Shown piece after piece: positions 1 to 13,898 of a stretch of 64,000 bases of DNA. Every line of letters starts with the position of its first letter. Position 1 is the first letter of the stretch. The position numbers were made by a program, and so were the translations under genes. The DNA lies in the NCBI GenBank assembly GCA_965217895.1, contig CBDCJV010000002.1, forward strand, positions 2,336,001 to 2,400,000. Direction: 5' to 3'. Source of the stretch: Waterburya sp. Lineage in GTDB: Bacteria > Cyanobacteriota > Cyanobacteriia > Cyanobacteriales > Xenococcaceae. The notes under the pieces are model-generated. The model was given only the letters and a program-made list of their open reading frames with translations, was not told the DNA's origin and did not search any database.

Positions 1-315
1 TGGCATATCAGAAGTGATAGTGGCACGTCTACCACCAATTGCTGCTAATAATTCCTCAGTTAGGATCATTAAGTCAGGAATCCTAACTCTAGTACGATTG
101 CCTGTAACTACAATTTCCGTGTCTTTATGGCGGATGAGTTGAATCGGAATAAGTTTAAGAAACTCTGTAAGTAAATATAAAGCAATTAAATTGTTGCGAT
201 CGCTTTCTGGAGGCATATTTACTAATATTCCATCTACTAATTCATAGCGATTATCTGTACCATCGTTGTATGCCAGATATTCTTCTAAAGTTAAATAAGC
301 GTTAGTAGTTATCAT
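1..315 (-). CDS. Uma2 family (DUF820) endonuclease-like protein, runs off the window edge
   Basis: Manual translation from ATG at 315: MITTNAYLTLEEYLAYNDGTDNRYELVDGILVNMPPES...RVRIPDLMIL. The ELVDG..MPP and PD motifs are typical of cyanobacterial Uma2 proteins. Confidence 0.85.
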   Translation of the reverse strand, partial: MITTNAYLTLEEYLAYNDGTDNRYELVDGILVNMPPESDRNNLIALYLLTEFLKLIPIQLIRHKDTEIVVTGNRTRVRIPDLMILTEELLAAIGGRRATITSDMP

Positions 316-349
316 TATTTTGTGAGGTTAAGCATACGGTGAAAAGATT

Positions 350-1315
350 ATGTCAACAGAAGAAACCAGTCAAGAAATCGAAATAGCATCTGATTCGCGT
401 GATAGAAATTGTAGTAAGTCCTTTGTCCAGAAGCTTATTACTAAAACAAAATGGAAATTACATCCGTCCAGAAACTTTGTAGCCAACTCCAATTCAGCCC
501 AACTTAGCTATTTACTTGGCTGGAAAATGCTTCTTGTGTGTGCATTTGTCTTCATCTATTTTGTATTTTTTCCTAAACTATCGATTTTTTGGATTGGATT
601 CTTCTTCCTAGTATTAGCAGCAATCAGCTTTTGTCTTGGCTTTGCGATAGAAACATATTCGTTCTGGAAATCAAAAAACAAACTTCTCATTAAGATATTT
701 TTTATTATTGGAGGGATTTTAACACCAGTATCTCTATATTTTGCTAGATGTATTTTTGTTGATATTACTACATTAGAACCTTCTAACTTATCAAGAGCTT
801 TAATTGTTTTTTCAGCTATTATTCAAATACCACTTTGGTTATGTTTATTCATAATAGTTTTATTGCTGATATGTTTTTTGGGTCAATTTTTCGTACTGCT
901 CAATTTTATATTTCTTCAAATATTTATCTTAGTTAAAAATAATCCTTTGTTCCTCTTCTGGCTGGGAAAAACAAAAGTTGTTGACATTGAAAAGAATATC
1001 TTTTCTCGATTCCTTGCAGGAACATTTATTGGTGCTGCGGCTTGGGCATTTGTTTTGATTTTATTGTTAAATTTTGCTCAATGGAGAATTGAGCCACACT
1101 ATTTGATTAACATCACAGAAGAGGTAATTATACTTGCAGATTATCGCCCTTACAACAAAATTTCTGAATGCACTAATTTAGAACAGGGTGATTGGGGTTT
1201 ATTAGCTGGCTATAAAAAGATTAGCGTGGCTCATCCACAAAAATCGGGAAGGTATACTTTTACAACCAAAACTTGCTTGTTTGCAGATAAGACTTTGAAG
1301 TTAGATTCATTTTAA
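350..1315 (+). CDS. Hypothetical multi-pass membrane protein
   Basis: 321-aa ORF, about 5-6 hydrophobic segments, soluble C-terminal tail with two Cys, very AT-rich. Confidence 0.65.
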   Translation: MSTEETSQEIEIASDSRDRNCSKSFVQKLITKTKWKLHPSRNFVANSNSAQLSYLLGWKMLLVCAFVFIYFVFFPKLSIFWIGFFFLVLAAISFCLGFAIETYSFWKSKNKLLIKIFFIIGGILTPVSLYFARCIFVDITTLEPSNLSRALIVFSAIIQIPLWLCLFIIVLLLICFLGQFFVLLNFIFLQIFILVKNNPLFLFWLGKTKVVDIEKNIFSRFLAGTFIGAAAWAFVLILLLNFAQWRIEPHYLINITEEVIILADYRPYNKISECTNLEQGDWGLLAGYKKISVAHPQKSGRYTFTTKTCLFADKTLKLDSF

Positions 1316-1328
1316 GCTTAAAAATAGA

Positions 1329-2444
1329 TTATCTGCTCAAGGTTAAAACTGCATTTTGTCCACCGAAGCCAAAGCTAAAGCACATCGCATAATTTACCTT
1401 AGCTTTTCGTGGCTGAGTAACAAGATCGAGATCGAATTCGGTATTTTTTAAACCTATACATGGAGGTAAGCAATCATTTTGTAACGCCATAAAAGTTAAA
1501 GCGGTACCAATTGCACCTGATGTACCTAAAGTATGTCCTGTTGCACCTTTCGTTGAGCTTACAGCAACTCCTTGAGGGAAGATATGTTGAATTAGTTGAG
1601 CTTCATGGCGATCGTTTAAAGTTGTACTAGTACCGTGAGCATGAATATAGTCGATCGCCTGAACTTCTAAATTACTTCGCTCTAAAGCTTGTTTAATAGC
1701 TCTGGCTGCACTACCATTTGCCGTCCTAGGTGCGCTAATGTGGTAGGCATCACAGGTTAATCCAAAGCCTAATATTTTGCCGTAAATCTTTGCTTGACGG
1801 CGATTTGCTGACGCTGCTGTTTCTAAAACAAATATTGCTCCACCTTCTCCTAAAACCAGTCCTTCTCGCTTTGAGTCAAAAGGATAACAGCCTGTAGTTG
1901 CTAATGCCCCCATGCGTTCAAAAGCAGCTAAAGTTAAAGGAGTAACTGGAGCTTCTACTGCACCAGCAATTACTCTTTCGCATCGACCAGTTTTAATTAA
2001 CTCATAGCCTCTGGCTAATGCCCAAATTCCCGTAGCGCAAGCAGCCGTAGGAGCTAAAACTGGTGCAGTAGTTTGGATCTTTTTGGCAGTTGCGATCGCG
2101 CTTTGATGAGGTAAAGTTTCTAGCCAGTTAGGAATATAACTATCTTTTTGAGCTATTAATTCTTCCCAAGTTGCCTGACAACTACGACTTGAACCTATAA
2201 CTACTCCACATTCAGATAAAGGAACTTGTAACTTAGCGTCTTTGAGGGTAGCAAGCAGAATTCTTTGAGTTAAATTATCTATTTTGCTCGGTTGAGAGTT
2301 AATTAAGGCTAGAGGATAAACTGGGAGTTCAGCAAAAGGCTGCTGGAGTTTAATCCCTGATTTACCCTGCACAATACTTGACCAGGTAGACTGGAGTGAG
2401 CCAAGACAAGACTCTAATCCTATTCCTGTAACTACAACGTCCAT
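1329..2444 (-). CDS. Beta-ketoacyl-ACP synthase (FabF-like)
   Basis: VVVTGIG start, AACATG catalytic Cys, HAHGTST, STKGATGHTLG and FSFGFGGQN motifs. Confidence 0.92.
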   Translation of the reverse strand: MDVVVTGIGLESCLGSLQSTWSSIVQGKSGIKLQQPFAELPVYPLALINSQPSKIDNLTQRILLATLKDAKLQVPLSECGVVIGSSRSCQATWEELIAQKDSYIPNWLETLPHQSAIATAKKIQTTAPVLAPTAACATGIWALARGYELIKTGRCERVIAGAVEAPVTPLTLAAFERMGALATTGCYPFDSKREGLVLGEGGAIFVLETAASANRRQAKIYGKILGFGLTCDAYHISAPRTANGSAARAIKQALERSNLEVQAIDYIHAHGTSTTLNDRHEAQLIQHIFPQGVAVSSTKGATGHTLGTSGAIGTALTFMALQNDCLPPCIGLKNTEFDLDLVTQPRKAKVNYAMCFSFGFGGQNAVLTLSR

Positions 2445-2538
2445 ATTGTTCTAATTAAGAGTTGCAAGCCTAAAATAATCAAGTTCAAATTAAATTCAAA
2501 ACTGACAACTCATAATTTATAGTTAGCTTAAAACTAGC

Positions 2539-3300
2539 TTATTTCTTCAGGTTTTCCATGCCTTCAATTACCTTGGCTGAAGTAATGCGATCTCCTTGAT
2601 TAATTTTATCAACTACATCCATTCCTTCAATAACTTTACCAAATACGGCATAGTCGCCATCGAGGGAAGGTAAATCTTCTAAAGCGATATAAAACTGTGA
2701 AGAAGCAGAATCAGGCATAGCCGAGCGAGCCATGGCAACTGCACCGCGATCGTGTTTGAGAACGACATCAGAACCAGAAAGTTTAGCTTTACCGTAGGTA
2801 GGCTTGTCTTCACCTTTTAATTTAATCTCAAGAGGGATACGACGTTCTGAACCTGTAGCTGGATCTGTATAACCCCCTGTACCTAATTGCCCAGCAAATT
2901 TGGGATCTTTTCCTTGAGGATCTCCACCTTGCGCTACAAAGCCAGGAATAACGCGGTGAAATACTAATCCGTCGTAAACACCTTGAGAGACTAAATCTAC
3001 GAAATTACCTGCCGTTGTTGGAGCTTCTTTGCCGTTTATTTCCAGAATTATCGGTGATCCGTTAACCTGCAATTCGACTTTCGCCATCCCCTCTAATTGG
3101 GGCAAATTGTTACTCATGTTTTTATTACTGTTTTTGTCTTTGGCGATCGCCGTTTGTGCTTGATTATTTGTCAGATTATCAGATGATGAGGATGATTGGG
3201 AAATATTTGTAGCTGATGTAGCGCAGCCTCCCAAAATCATGCTGCCGATCAGCAGCAAAGAAAACATCTTAATCAACCATTCTTTATTGTTTTTAGCCAT
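2539..3300 (-). CDS. Cyclophilin-type peptidyl-prolyl isomerase, probable lipoprotein
   Basis: [36 protein letters not shown] motifs; LGGC lipobox-like N-terminus. Confidence 0.93.
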   Translation of the reverse strand: MAKNNKEWLIKMFSLLLIGSMILGGCATSATNISQSSSSSDNLTNNQAQTAIAKDKNSNKNMSNNLPQLEGMAKVELQVNGSPIILEINGKEAPTTAGNFVDLVSQGVYDGLVFHRVIPGFVAQGGDPQGKDPKFAGQLGTGGYTDPATGSERRIPLEIKLKGEDKPTYGKAKLSGSDVVLKHDRGAVAMARSAMPDSASSQFYIALEDLPSLDGDYAVFGKVIEGMDVVDKINQGDRITSAKVIEGMENLKK

Positions 3301-3465
3301 ATTTTAAATTTTGACTTACTATCGCTCATAACATTGAACGTTGTAGCCTAATTTTTTCTCAACTGGGTATTTAATGCAATCTCATTTTTCAGTATATCTT
3401 TATAGTTTCTCTAACCAAATTATTTTGAATATTGTACTATATATGTAGGTAAAAATCTTAGTAAA

Positions 3466-4647
3466 ATGCCACACGAACAATTAAATTTAGCAAGTGATAA
3501 ACCAGTGTTGTCTTGGGCAAACCATAATCTTGGTAATAATGAAGCCCAAATGGCAAAAAATGTAGCCTCTCTCCCTTTTGTATTTAAGCACGTGGCACTT
3601 ATGCCTGATGTTCATTTAGGAAAAGGTGCGTTAGTAGGCTCGGTAATTGCCACCAAAGATGCGGTGATTCCTGCTGCTGTGGGTGTAGATATTGGCTGCG
3701 GGATGGCGGCGGTTAAGCTGCCCTTTACGGGCGATCGCCTTGAAGGCAAACTAAAAAAAATCCGTCATCAAATAGAGCGATCGATTCCCGTTGGCAGATG
3801 GGGAAACAAAAGAATTGAAAGCAACGTTACCAATTGGCAAGGATGGCGAGATTTTAAAGAACTGCATCCAGGAGTGCAGGATTTAGACGATAAAGCACTG
3901 CAACAAATGGGTTCTCTTGGTGGAGGAAATCACTTTATCGAACTCTGTTTGGATACAGATAATTATGTCTGGTTAATGCTGCATTCTGGTTCTAGACACA
4001 TTGGTAACAAATTGGCGCAGTGTCATATTTCTACAGGAAAAAAACTAGCAGAATTAGCCAATCTTAGTTTGCCCGATCCTGATTTAGCTTACTTTGTGGC
4101 TGGTACGCCTGAATTTGAGGCATACTGGCGTGATTTACAGTGGGCGCAAGATTATGCTCGTTTTAACCGAGACGTGATGATGGGGCGTTTTAAAAAGTTA
4201 GTGGAGGAATTTGTCACGGGAGGTAAAACAACTAAGCCTTTGTTATCTGTAAACTGTCATCATAATTACGCCGAAAAAGAAATCCACTTCGGCGAAGATG
4301 TCTATGTTACCCGTAAAGGTGCAGTACGGGCAGAAAAAGAAGATTATGGGATTATTCCTGGTTCAATGGGGACTAAATCTTATATTGTCAAAGGCAGAGG
4401 CAATCATGATAGCTATTGCTCTTGTTCTCATGGCGCAGGAAGGTTAATGTCTCGTACCAAAGCTAAAAAAGAGTTTACGGTTGAAGATGTGATCGAACAA
4501 ACCAAAGGAGTTGAATGTCGTAAAGATAGCAAAATTATCGATGAAATTCCTGGGGCATATAAGCCGATTGAAGAAGTTATGGCAAATCAGTCTGATTTAG
4601 TTGAAGTTGTCGCCACTCTTAAGCAGATTGTTTGTGTTAAAGGATAG
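3466..4647 (+). CDS. rtcB: RNA ligase RtcB
   Basis: MPDVHLG, VGVDIGCG, GSLGGGNHFIE, HSGSR, HHNY, PGSMG, SHGAGR and DEIPGAYK motifs. Confidence 0.95.
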   Translation: MPHEQLNLASDKPVLSWANHNLGNNEAQMAKNVASLPFVFKHVALMPDVHLGKGALVGSVIATKDAVIPAAVGVDIGCGMAAVKLPFTGDRLEGKLKKIRHQIERSIPVGRWGNKRIESNVTNWQGWRDFKELHPGVQDLDDKALQQMGSLGGGNHFIELCLDTDNYVWLMLHSGSRHIGNKLAQCHISTGKKLAELANLSLPDPDLAYFVAGTPEFEAYWRDLQWAQDYARFNRDVMMGRFKKLVEEFVTGGKTTKPLLSVNCHHNYAEKEIHFGEDVYVTRKGAVRAEKEDYGIIPGSMGTKSYIVKGRGNHDSYCSCSHGAGRLMSRTKAKKEFTVEDVIEQTKGVECRKDSKIIDEIPGAYKPIEEVMANQSDLVEVVATLKQIVCVKG

Positions 4648-5001
4648 TTGACATTTGCTATGTAGAATAGACAATGCTCATCCTACGCTTTTTTAGATCC
4701 TAGCTTTCTCTACTTCGTTTTGAATTGGTTCTAAAATTGCGTAACCCTCAATTAGTGATGATTCTGGTAAACTTGCCAATTTTTGTTCAAAAATAGTATC
4801 AATTTTATCTTTAGACTTTAAAAGCTATCAAGCTAAAAATAGAAATTTAAACGTCCAATAAGTTGCACACGGCATATACAATCTAATTTGCTAGGATATC
4901 TAACCGTTGTTTGAGGGAGCATCAAAAACCTGAGATAATGGTTAGCGAGTATAAGATATAAGAACCAAAGTTCTAGTAAAATCTTGCCAACTTAGATAAA
5001 T

Positions 5002-5844
5002 ATGTTATTTGCTTTTCAGTTTCAATCTCCTGGTCCAATTATTTTTGAAGTCGGACCGATTGTGATTCGTTGGTATGGCTTATTGATTGCTTCAGCGGTT
5101 TTGATTGGCGTTAGTCTGTCACAATACTTAGCCAAACGTCGTGGAGTAAATCCAGATGCGCTAGCCGATTTGGCTATCTGGTTGGTTATTGGAGCTATCC
5201 CCTGCGCTAGAATTTATTATGTTTTATTTGAATGGCAAGAATATGCTCAACGCCCTGAAGATATTATCGCCATTTGGAAAGGCGGTATTGCGATTCATGG
5301 GGCAATAATTGGTGGGACTATTGCCACAATTCTTTTTGCTCGCTTAAACCGTATTTCTTTTTGGCAATTACTAGACTTGATTGCACCATCTTTGATTTTA
5401 GGTCAGGCGATCGGACGTTGGGGTAATTTCTTTAATTCTGAGGCTTTTGGTAAACCAACAGATTTACCTTGGAAGCTTTATATTGCCCCTCGCTATCGTC
5501 CTGTGGAGTTTTTTGATTTTGCTTACTTTCATCCCACTTTTTTATATGAATCCCTGTGGGATCTTAGCGTTTTTATTCTCCTGCTGTCACTATTTTTTTG
5601 GGGACTCAAACATTATAACGACCTAAAAACTGGTACTTTAGCAGCAGTATATTTGATTAGCTATAGTCTAGGACGGATATGGATTGAAGCGTTGCGTACT
5701 GACAGCTTAATGCTGGGTCCGCTCAAAATGGCTCAGGTAGTTAGCTTAAGCGCGATCGCTTTAGGATTATTGATTCTTGCCTGGCTCTATTGGTTTAAGC
5801 GTCCTTTACCTGATGTAGTATCGCCTCGGACAATTAACAATTAA
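5002..5844 (+). CDS. lgt: Prolipoprotein diacylglyceryl transferase
   Basis: [28 protein letters not shown] and HPTFLYES motifs. Confidence 0.96.
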   Translation: MLFAFQFQSPGPIIFEVGPIVIRWYGLLIASAVLIGVSLSQYLAKRRGVNPDALADLAIWLVIGAIPCARIYYVLFEWQEYAQRPEDIIAIWKGGIAIHGAIIGGTIATILFARLNRISFWQLLDLIAPSLILGQAIGRWGNFFNSEAFGKPTDLPWKLYIAPRYRPVEFFDFAYFHPTFLYESLWDLSVFILLLSLFFWGLKHYNDLKTGTLAAVYLISYSLGRIWIEALRTDSLMLGPLKMAQVVSLSAIALGLLILAWLYWFKRPLPDVVSPRTINN

Positions 5845-5846
5845 CA

Positions 5847-6653
5847 ATGACACTAACTCAACCTCTCCTCCAGCCTGCGGTTTATATTATTGGTGCAGGG
5901 CCTGGAGATCCAGAATTATTAACTTTAAAAGCTTATAGAATTCTGGCTCAAGCAGACGTAATTCTCTATGCTGACTCCCTTGTGCCTAAGCAAATATTGC
6001 AGGATGTTCGTGCTGATGCAGAATTAATACCTACAGGAAATAAGACCCTAGAGCAAATAATCCCTCTAGCCATCGAACGAGTTAGGGACGGTAAAGCAGT
6101 TGTTCGTCTACATTCTGGAGATCTTACCTTATATAGTGCGATCGGCGAGCAAATGCAGGCTTTTATTGAAGCGGAGATTCCTTTTGAACTTATTCCTGGC
6201 ATTAGTGCTTTTCAGGCTGCTGCTGCCAAACTTAGTACCGAATTAACTATTCCCGAACTGGTTCAGACAATTATCTTGACAAGAATTAGCGGCGAGGCTT
6301 CGTCTGTGCCTGAAGCAGAGGAACTAAGTTCTTTAGCTGCACACAAGGCAAGCTTATGTCTTTATCTAGCTGCTCGTCATATAGAGAAGGCACAAGCCAA
6401 ACTATTAGAACATTATCCTCAAGATACTCCAGTGGCGGTTTGTTACCGAGTTGGTTGGCAAGATGAACAGATTTGGGTGGTTTCTTTAACAGAGATGGCT
6501 GCGGTTACTCGTAAAAACAATCTTATTAGAACTACCCTTTATTTAATAAGTCCTGCTTTGCAATCAATCGTAACTACCCGTTCTCGCCTATATCATCCTG
6601 AACATTCTCATCTATTTCGTCCAGGGGGTAATAAGAAAACTATTGAAAAATAA
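5847..6653 (+). CDS. cobM: Precorrin-4 C11-methyltransferase
   Basis: IGAGPGDPELLT, YADSLV, VRLHSGD, PELVQTIILTR and RSRLY motifs. Confidence 0.93.
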   Translation: MTLTQPLLQPAVYIIGAGPGDPELLTLKAYRILAQADVILYADSLVPKQILQDVRADAELIPTGNKTLEQIIPLAIERVRDGKAVVRLHSGDLTLYSAIGEQMQAFIEAEIPFELIPGISAFQAAAAKLSTELTIPELVQTIILTRISGEASSVPEAEELSSLAAHKASLCLYLAARHIEKAQAKLLEHYPQDTPVAVCYRVGWQDEQIWVVSLTEMAAVTRKNNLIRTTLYLISPALQSIVTTRSRLYHPEHSHLFRPGGNKKTIEK

Positions 6654-6761
6654 TTGCGATCCATAGTTATATAATAAAATGCTTATAGTAAAAATGCTGA
6701 CCTTGATTGTCTGGGCAGCGATAACTTCGTTAAGCTTTGCCAACGCGCTTTGATCATAACC

Positions 6762-7928
6762 ATGCTTAATCCAAATTTGGAAGCAATTGAACTTAATAAA
6801 GATGAGTATCAAAGGTACTCGCGCCATATCATTCTGCCAGAAGTAGGATTAGAAGGGCAAAAACGCCTCAAGGCAGCTAGCGTTCTCTGTATCGGTAGCG
6901 GTGGTCTTGGTTCTCCCCTCTTGTTATATCTTGCAGCAGCAGGTATTGGCAGAATTGGTCTAGTAGACTTTGATATTGTCGATAGTTCTAATTTGCAACG
7001 TCAGATCATTCATAGTGAATCATGGGTAGGCAAACCAAAGATTCAGTCAGCAAAAGACCGTATTCATAGTATTAATCCTCACTGTCAGGTAGATTTATAC
7101 GAAACGGCTATTAGTTCCGAAAATGCCTTAGACATTTTAGCTCTTTATGATGTAATTGTTGATGGGACAGATAACTTCCCAACTCGTTATTTGACTAACG
7201 ATGCTTGTGTATTGCTAGACAAACCTAACGTCTACGGATCTATCTTTCGTTTTGAAGGACAGGCAACGGTCTTTAACTACCAAGGTGGTCCTAACTACCG
7301 TGACCTATACCCCGAACCACCACCACCAGGAATGGTTCCCTCTTGTGCAGAGGGAGGAGTATTAGGAGTTCTCTGTGGCATTATTGGCACAATTCAGGCA
7401 ACAGAAGCAATTAAGATTATTTTGGGGGCAGAAAATACCCTTAGCGGTAGATTACTGCTTTACAATGCTTGGGATATGAAGTTCCGTGAGCTTAAGCTAC
7501 GACCTAATCCTGAACGTCCTGTAATCGAAAAACTAATTGATTATCAAGAGTTTTGTGGTATACCTCAAGCAGCAGCCAAAGAAGCAGAAAATATGATTCC
7601 AGAAATGTCGGTCAAAGATTTGAAGCAGCTTATGGATAGCGGTAAAGATGATTTTGTCTTGCTAGATGTTCGTAATCCTAATGAATACGAAATTGCCAAA
7701 ATTGACGGTTCGATTTTAATTCCTTTGTCTGAACTAGAAGACGGCAGCGGTATAGATAAAGTAAAAGAACTAGCTAATGGTCGTCGTCTTATTGCTCATT
7801 GTAAACTCGGAGGGCGATCGGCAAAAGCCTTGAACATTCTCAAGGAAGCGGGAATTGAAGGTACAAATGTAAAAGGAGGTATCGCTGCTTGGAGTGAGGA
7901 GATAGATCCTAGCATTCCTCAATATTAG
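6762..7928 (+). CDS. moeB: Molybdopterin-synthase adenylyltransferase MoeB with C-terminal rhodanese domain
   Basis: RYSRHII, GSGGLGSP, SNLQRQ, PSCAEGGVLG and HCKLGGRS motifs; start taken at ATG 6762 (MLNPNL). Confidence 0.92.
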   Translation: MLNPNLEAIELNKDEYQRYSRHIILPEVGLEGQKRLKAASVLCIGSGGLGSPLLLYLAAAGIGRIGLVDFDIVDSSNLQRQIIHSESWVGKPKIQSAKDRIHSINPHCQVDLYETAISSENALDILALYDVIVDGTDNFPTRYLTNDACVLLDKPNVYGSIFRFEGQATVFNYQGGPNYRDLYPEPPPPGMVPSCAEGGVLGVLCGIIGTIQATEAIKIILGAENTLSGRLLLYNAWDMKFRELKLRPNPERPVIEKLIDYQEFCGIPQAAAKEAENMIPEMSVKDLKQLMDSGKDDFVLLDVRNPNEYEIAKIDGSILIPLSELEDGSGIDKVKELANGRRLIAHCKLGGRSAKALNILKEAGIEGTNVKGGIAAWSEEIDPSIPQY

Positions 7929-8053
7929 ATAAAAGGAAAAAGGATATTTCAATCGCTTATTTTTCTCATCCCTAATCCTTTTATATTTTCTCATTCCAGT
8001 TTTGGCAATCTACCCTTAATATGGGTGTGAGTTAAAAATATTGTTAAATTGCC

Positions 8054-8548
8054 ATGCAAATTCTAGTAAAAGTTATTCGTTGGACTAGTTTAGTTTCTTT
8101 ACCTGTGTTTTTGTTAGCTATTCCCAATTCTCCAGCGATAGCTGGTGATATTGGTAGTTGTGCCGATAGTCTAATTTTTGATGGTGTTGCCAAATCATCA
8201 GCAGCAGCAGCTTGTTCTGATGCCTTAGAACCCAAGCTGCTTGCTTCTTGTGTTCAAGATATTAAAGCTAATACTGATATAAAGGGAGATAATGCTTTGC
8301 AGTCTTGTTATCGTGTTCGTAGACCTGATGAGTTAGCTAGTTGCGTCATCGATATTAGTAGTAGTTCAGAGCAAGTTAATTCTGCTATGGCTTTGGACAA
8401 CTGCCGTCGTAGTTTACTGCCTATGCACTATGCTGAGTGTACTCTCGATTTGACAGGCATTGCTAAAATGCCTAGTGAAGAAGCAATGAAAAGCTGTATT
8501 GCAGCAGAGTTTCAACCTAGTAAAGTAAATCCAGAAACTGCTCAATAA
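8054..8548 (+). CDS. Secreted Cys-repeat hypothetical protein
   Basis: Signal-peptide-like N-terminus, then repeated C...P..LASCV units. Confidence 0.75.
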   Translation: MQILVKVIRWTSLVSLPVFLLAIPNSPAIAGDIGSCADSLIFDGVAKSSAAAACSDALEPKLLASCVQDIKANTDIKGDNALQSCYRVRRPDELASCVIDISSSSEQVNSAMALDNCRRSLLPMHYAECTLDLTGIAKMPSEEAMKSCIAAEFQPSKVNPETAQ

Positions 8549-8576
8549 TATTTATCACATACGTACGAATGATTGA

Positions 8577-8623
8577 TTTGAGAGCGATCGCTCTTTATCT
8601 GGTAAAGAGCGATCGCTCTCAAA
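8577..8623. terminator. Perfect 21-bp hairpin built from two HIP1 sites, between convergent genes
   Basis: tttgagagcgatcgctcttta-tctgg-taaagagcgatcgctctcaaa. Confidence 0.6.
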
Positions 8624-8726
8624 CTTAATAAGAAGTCTATCTAACCTCTTTTTGAATATGTAAGGTGTTCAACGTTGCTACGACTTTCACCTATTGTAAC
8701 GTTGACTCAAACTCACAATACCTATC

Positions 8727-8930
8727 TTATGACAAACCTGTATTCATACCTTGTTTACCTGTTGCCAACTCTACTTTGATAATTTTGCCACCCATTTTCA
8801 TGATTCGCTGTTGTTCGCGAAACCAATTATCATAAGGTACAAGCTTAGTAAAGAAAGTATTTTGCAATTCTCTTTGAGTACGAATTCTAGTTTGACTGGG
8901 AACACAAGCAGTCACCTTGAACATACGCAT
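8727..8930 (-). CDS. apcC: Allophycocyanin core linker Lc7.8
   Basis: MRMFKVTACVPSQTRIRTQRELQNTFFTKLVPY; follows apcB. Confidence 0.97.
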   Translation of the reverse strand: MRMFKVTACVPSQTRIRTQRELQNTFFTKLVPYDNWFREQQRIMKMGGKIIKVELATGKQGMNTGLS

Positions 8931-9030
8931 GAGATGTATTCTCTCCTAATTTAATAAAAAAAAGTTTAATCTTCTAACAAGTTTTAATCAGCAAAAATTA
9001 CGTTAGCTGTTTGATGCTGTTTAAATTATC

Positions 9031-9173
9031 GAATAGTCTTAAAATGCCAAAATTCGGGAGTCAAGAGTCAATACTAGATCGTCTAAACTTATCTTTCTTT
9101 CGCGCTCGAAAAACTAAGCTTTATTAGAACTAGCACTCACTCTAGACTTCCCGAATCTATACGTCAACTATTC
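9031..9173. promoter_or_regulatory. Long imperfect stem-loop in the apcB-apcC spacer (possible processing or attenuation site)
   Basis: gaatagt...attcgggagtcaagagt pairs with actctagacttcccgaat...actattc. Confidence 0.45.
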
Positions 9174-9200
9174 TACGTCTAGCTCAGGTTAAAAAAGAAT

Positions 9201-9686
9201 TTAGCTTAAGCCAGAGCAGATATAGTCGAAATAAACGCCCATTTCTTTACCTGCATCAGCACCTACTAAACTAGCGGTTACTTCTTTCATAGCTTGAATA
9301 GCTTGAACTGTAGAAGAAACAGGAACTCCCAAAGAGTTATAAGTTTCTTTCAAACCGTTAAGTACACGCTCATCTAGAATAGAAGGATCTCCAGCTAGCA
9401 TAGCGTAGGTAGAATAACGAAGGTAATAGTCTAAGTCGCGAATACAAGCTGCATAGCGACGAGTGGTGTACATATTGCCACCAGGACGAGTAACATCAGA
9501 ATATAGCAATGACTTTGCTACTGCTTCTTTAACGATGCTAGCTGCGTTAGCACTGATTACACTGGCTGCACGTACTCTTAGTTGACCAGTTTGAAAATAG
9601 CTTTTTAACTTGTCCATAGCAGCACCATCGAGGTATCTGCCTTGAACGTCGGCCGAATTAATTACAGAGGTAATTGCGTCTTGCAT
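9201..9686 (-). CDS. apcB: Allophycocyanin beta subunit
   Basis: [27 protein letters not shown]. Confidence 0.98.
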   Translation of the reverse strand: MQDAITSVINSADVQGRYLDGAAMDKLKSYFQTGQLRVRAASVISANAASIVKEAVAKSLLYSDVTRPGGNMYTTRRYAACIRDLDYYLRYSTYAMLAGDPSILDERVLNGLKETYNSLGVPVSSTVQAIQAMKEVTASLVGADAGKEMGVYFDYICSGLS

Positions 9687-9795
9687 AGTTTTGTTTCCTT
9701 ATCTCACCTAGTCTTAAATTATTTAGCACTGATAAGTTAGTGTGTTGTTTGAAAAAGTTTGTTACTGGTATATGAGCAAAGTATGAATTAAATAC

Positions 9796-10281
9796 TTACT
9801 GCATAGCTCCAATAACGTAATCGAAATAAGAAGCAGCTTCACTAGTGTCATCACCAGACATCATTGAAGTAGCTACGTTTTTCATTTCGCGGATGCTTTG
9901 TGCCATAGCACCAACATCGGTACCTAAAGACTTATACATCTCTTTTGCACCAACTAAACCAATTTCTTCAATTGGAGTCACGTCGCCAGCTACTACACCA
10001 TAGGTAATTAGGCGTAAGTAGTAGTCCATGTCACGAAGACAAGTTGCTGTCATTTCTTCACCATATGCGTTACCGCCAGGAGAAACAACATCAGGACGCT
10101 TTTGAAATAACTGATCGCCAGCTTGTTTAACGATACGCTCACGAGACTCAGTTAGAGTTTGAGCAATACGCAAACGGCTTTCACCAGTTGTGACAAAAGA
10201 TTTAATTCTTTCTAATTCGCCAGGACTCAAGTAACGAGCCTCTGCATCGGCGTTCACGATGGATTTCGTGACTATACTCAT
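9796..10281 (-). CDS. apcA: Allophycocyanin alpha subunit
   Basis: [30 protein letters not shown]. Confidence 0.98.
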   Translation of the reverse strand: MSIVTKSIVNADAEARYLSPGELERIKSFVTTGESRLRIAQTLTESRERIVKQAGDQLFQKRPDVVSPGGNAYGEEMTATCLRDMDYYLRLITYGVVAGDVTPIEEIGLVGAKEMYKSLGTDVGAMAQSIREMKNVATSMMSGDDTSEAASYFDYVIGAMQ

Positions 10282-10921
10282 CGATGGATTCCTCCCAATA
10301 CAATGAAATCAAATAATTAACAAGCTATCTTTAAGTCGATAGTTTTATCTGAGCAAGATTTCTAGCTACCCTTCAGACCACCCAAAGCATTTAGCCTAGG
10401 CTTTCAGCTTAACTATGGTCAAATAGGGCTGTGCAACTAAACTTAGGTTCTATGGTTAAAATCTACGCTTGGCTGTTGCTAGTCAAACCCCTCTGGATAA
10501 TAGGTTACTTTGTTTTGTTACCCAGTTTTCAACTTTTAGCTACAAATTAGTATTGCAGCTTGCCCAAACTAATGTGCAAAAAGTAGCTGCTGCCTTAACA
10601 AACCTTTACATAGAGTCAATAAATAACATACAGATTATAAGTATTGATCTACGCTAACTTTTGCTTTTAAAAAGCCCTAGAATTTGCAGTGCTGCTCATC
10701 TCTAAAGGCTAATTTTTTATTTGAGCGATAACCCAACCTAACTATCATCTAATATTTTGTTGCGGTTTATTAGTTTACCTTAACAGAATTTAATGTTAGA
10801 TTATCAACCTTTTGACGCTTTGGACATATAAAAATAAGTAATCAATATCGTGTAGATGATTTCATTAGTTTTTTAGTTAAAAAACTAAGTTTGCCGATCA
10901 CAGATATTAACCGCGCAAGGC

Positions 10922-10997
10922 AGTCAGCGCAGACACCTCATCGGAGTGCGTTCCCCAGCGCGGAGTTGCTCCTCTTCAAAACGGTGTACCGCTGACT
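10922..10997. repeat. GC-rich hairpin mini-element downstream of apcE
   Basis: agtcagcg...cgctgact arms enclosing further GC-rich stems, in AT-rich DNA. Confidence 0.45.
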
Positions 10998-11021
10998 ACT
11001 TAATAATGAGATTGTCCCAGT

Positions 11022-13757
<2,736 letters not shown>

Positions 13758-13898
13758 TCAGCTTTTAGAGTAAATCTTTTCGGACTTAGAAAGGTGATTT
13801 ATTAAGAACTATGTACTAACATTATAAGTTTAAATAGGGCGATCGCCCATATTTATTTATTTTTATGATTATCCGTGAAGCAAAGAAAAGATAAGTAC

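Noticed and set aside
4648..5846. tRNA or Y-RNA after rtcB, and a cobalamin riboswitch before cobM
   Set aside because: No cloverleaf or T-loop, and no B12 box; cobM starts 2 bp after lgt.
10469..10657. 62-aa ORF between apcA and apcE
   Set aside because: Antisense to the apcA promoter/leader; TTG start with no support.
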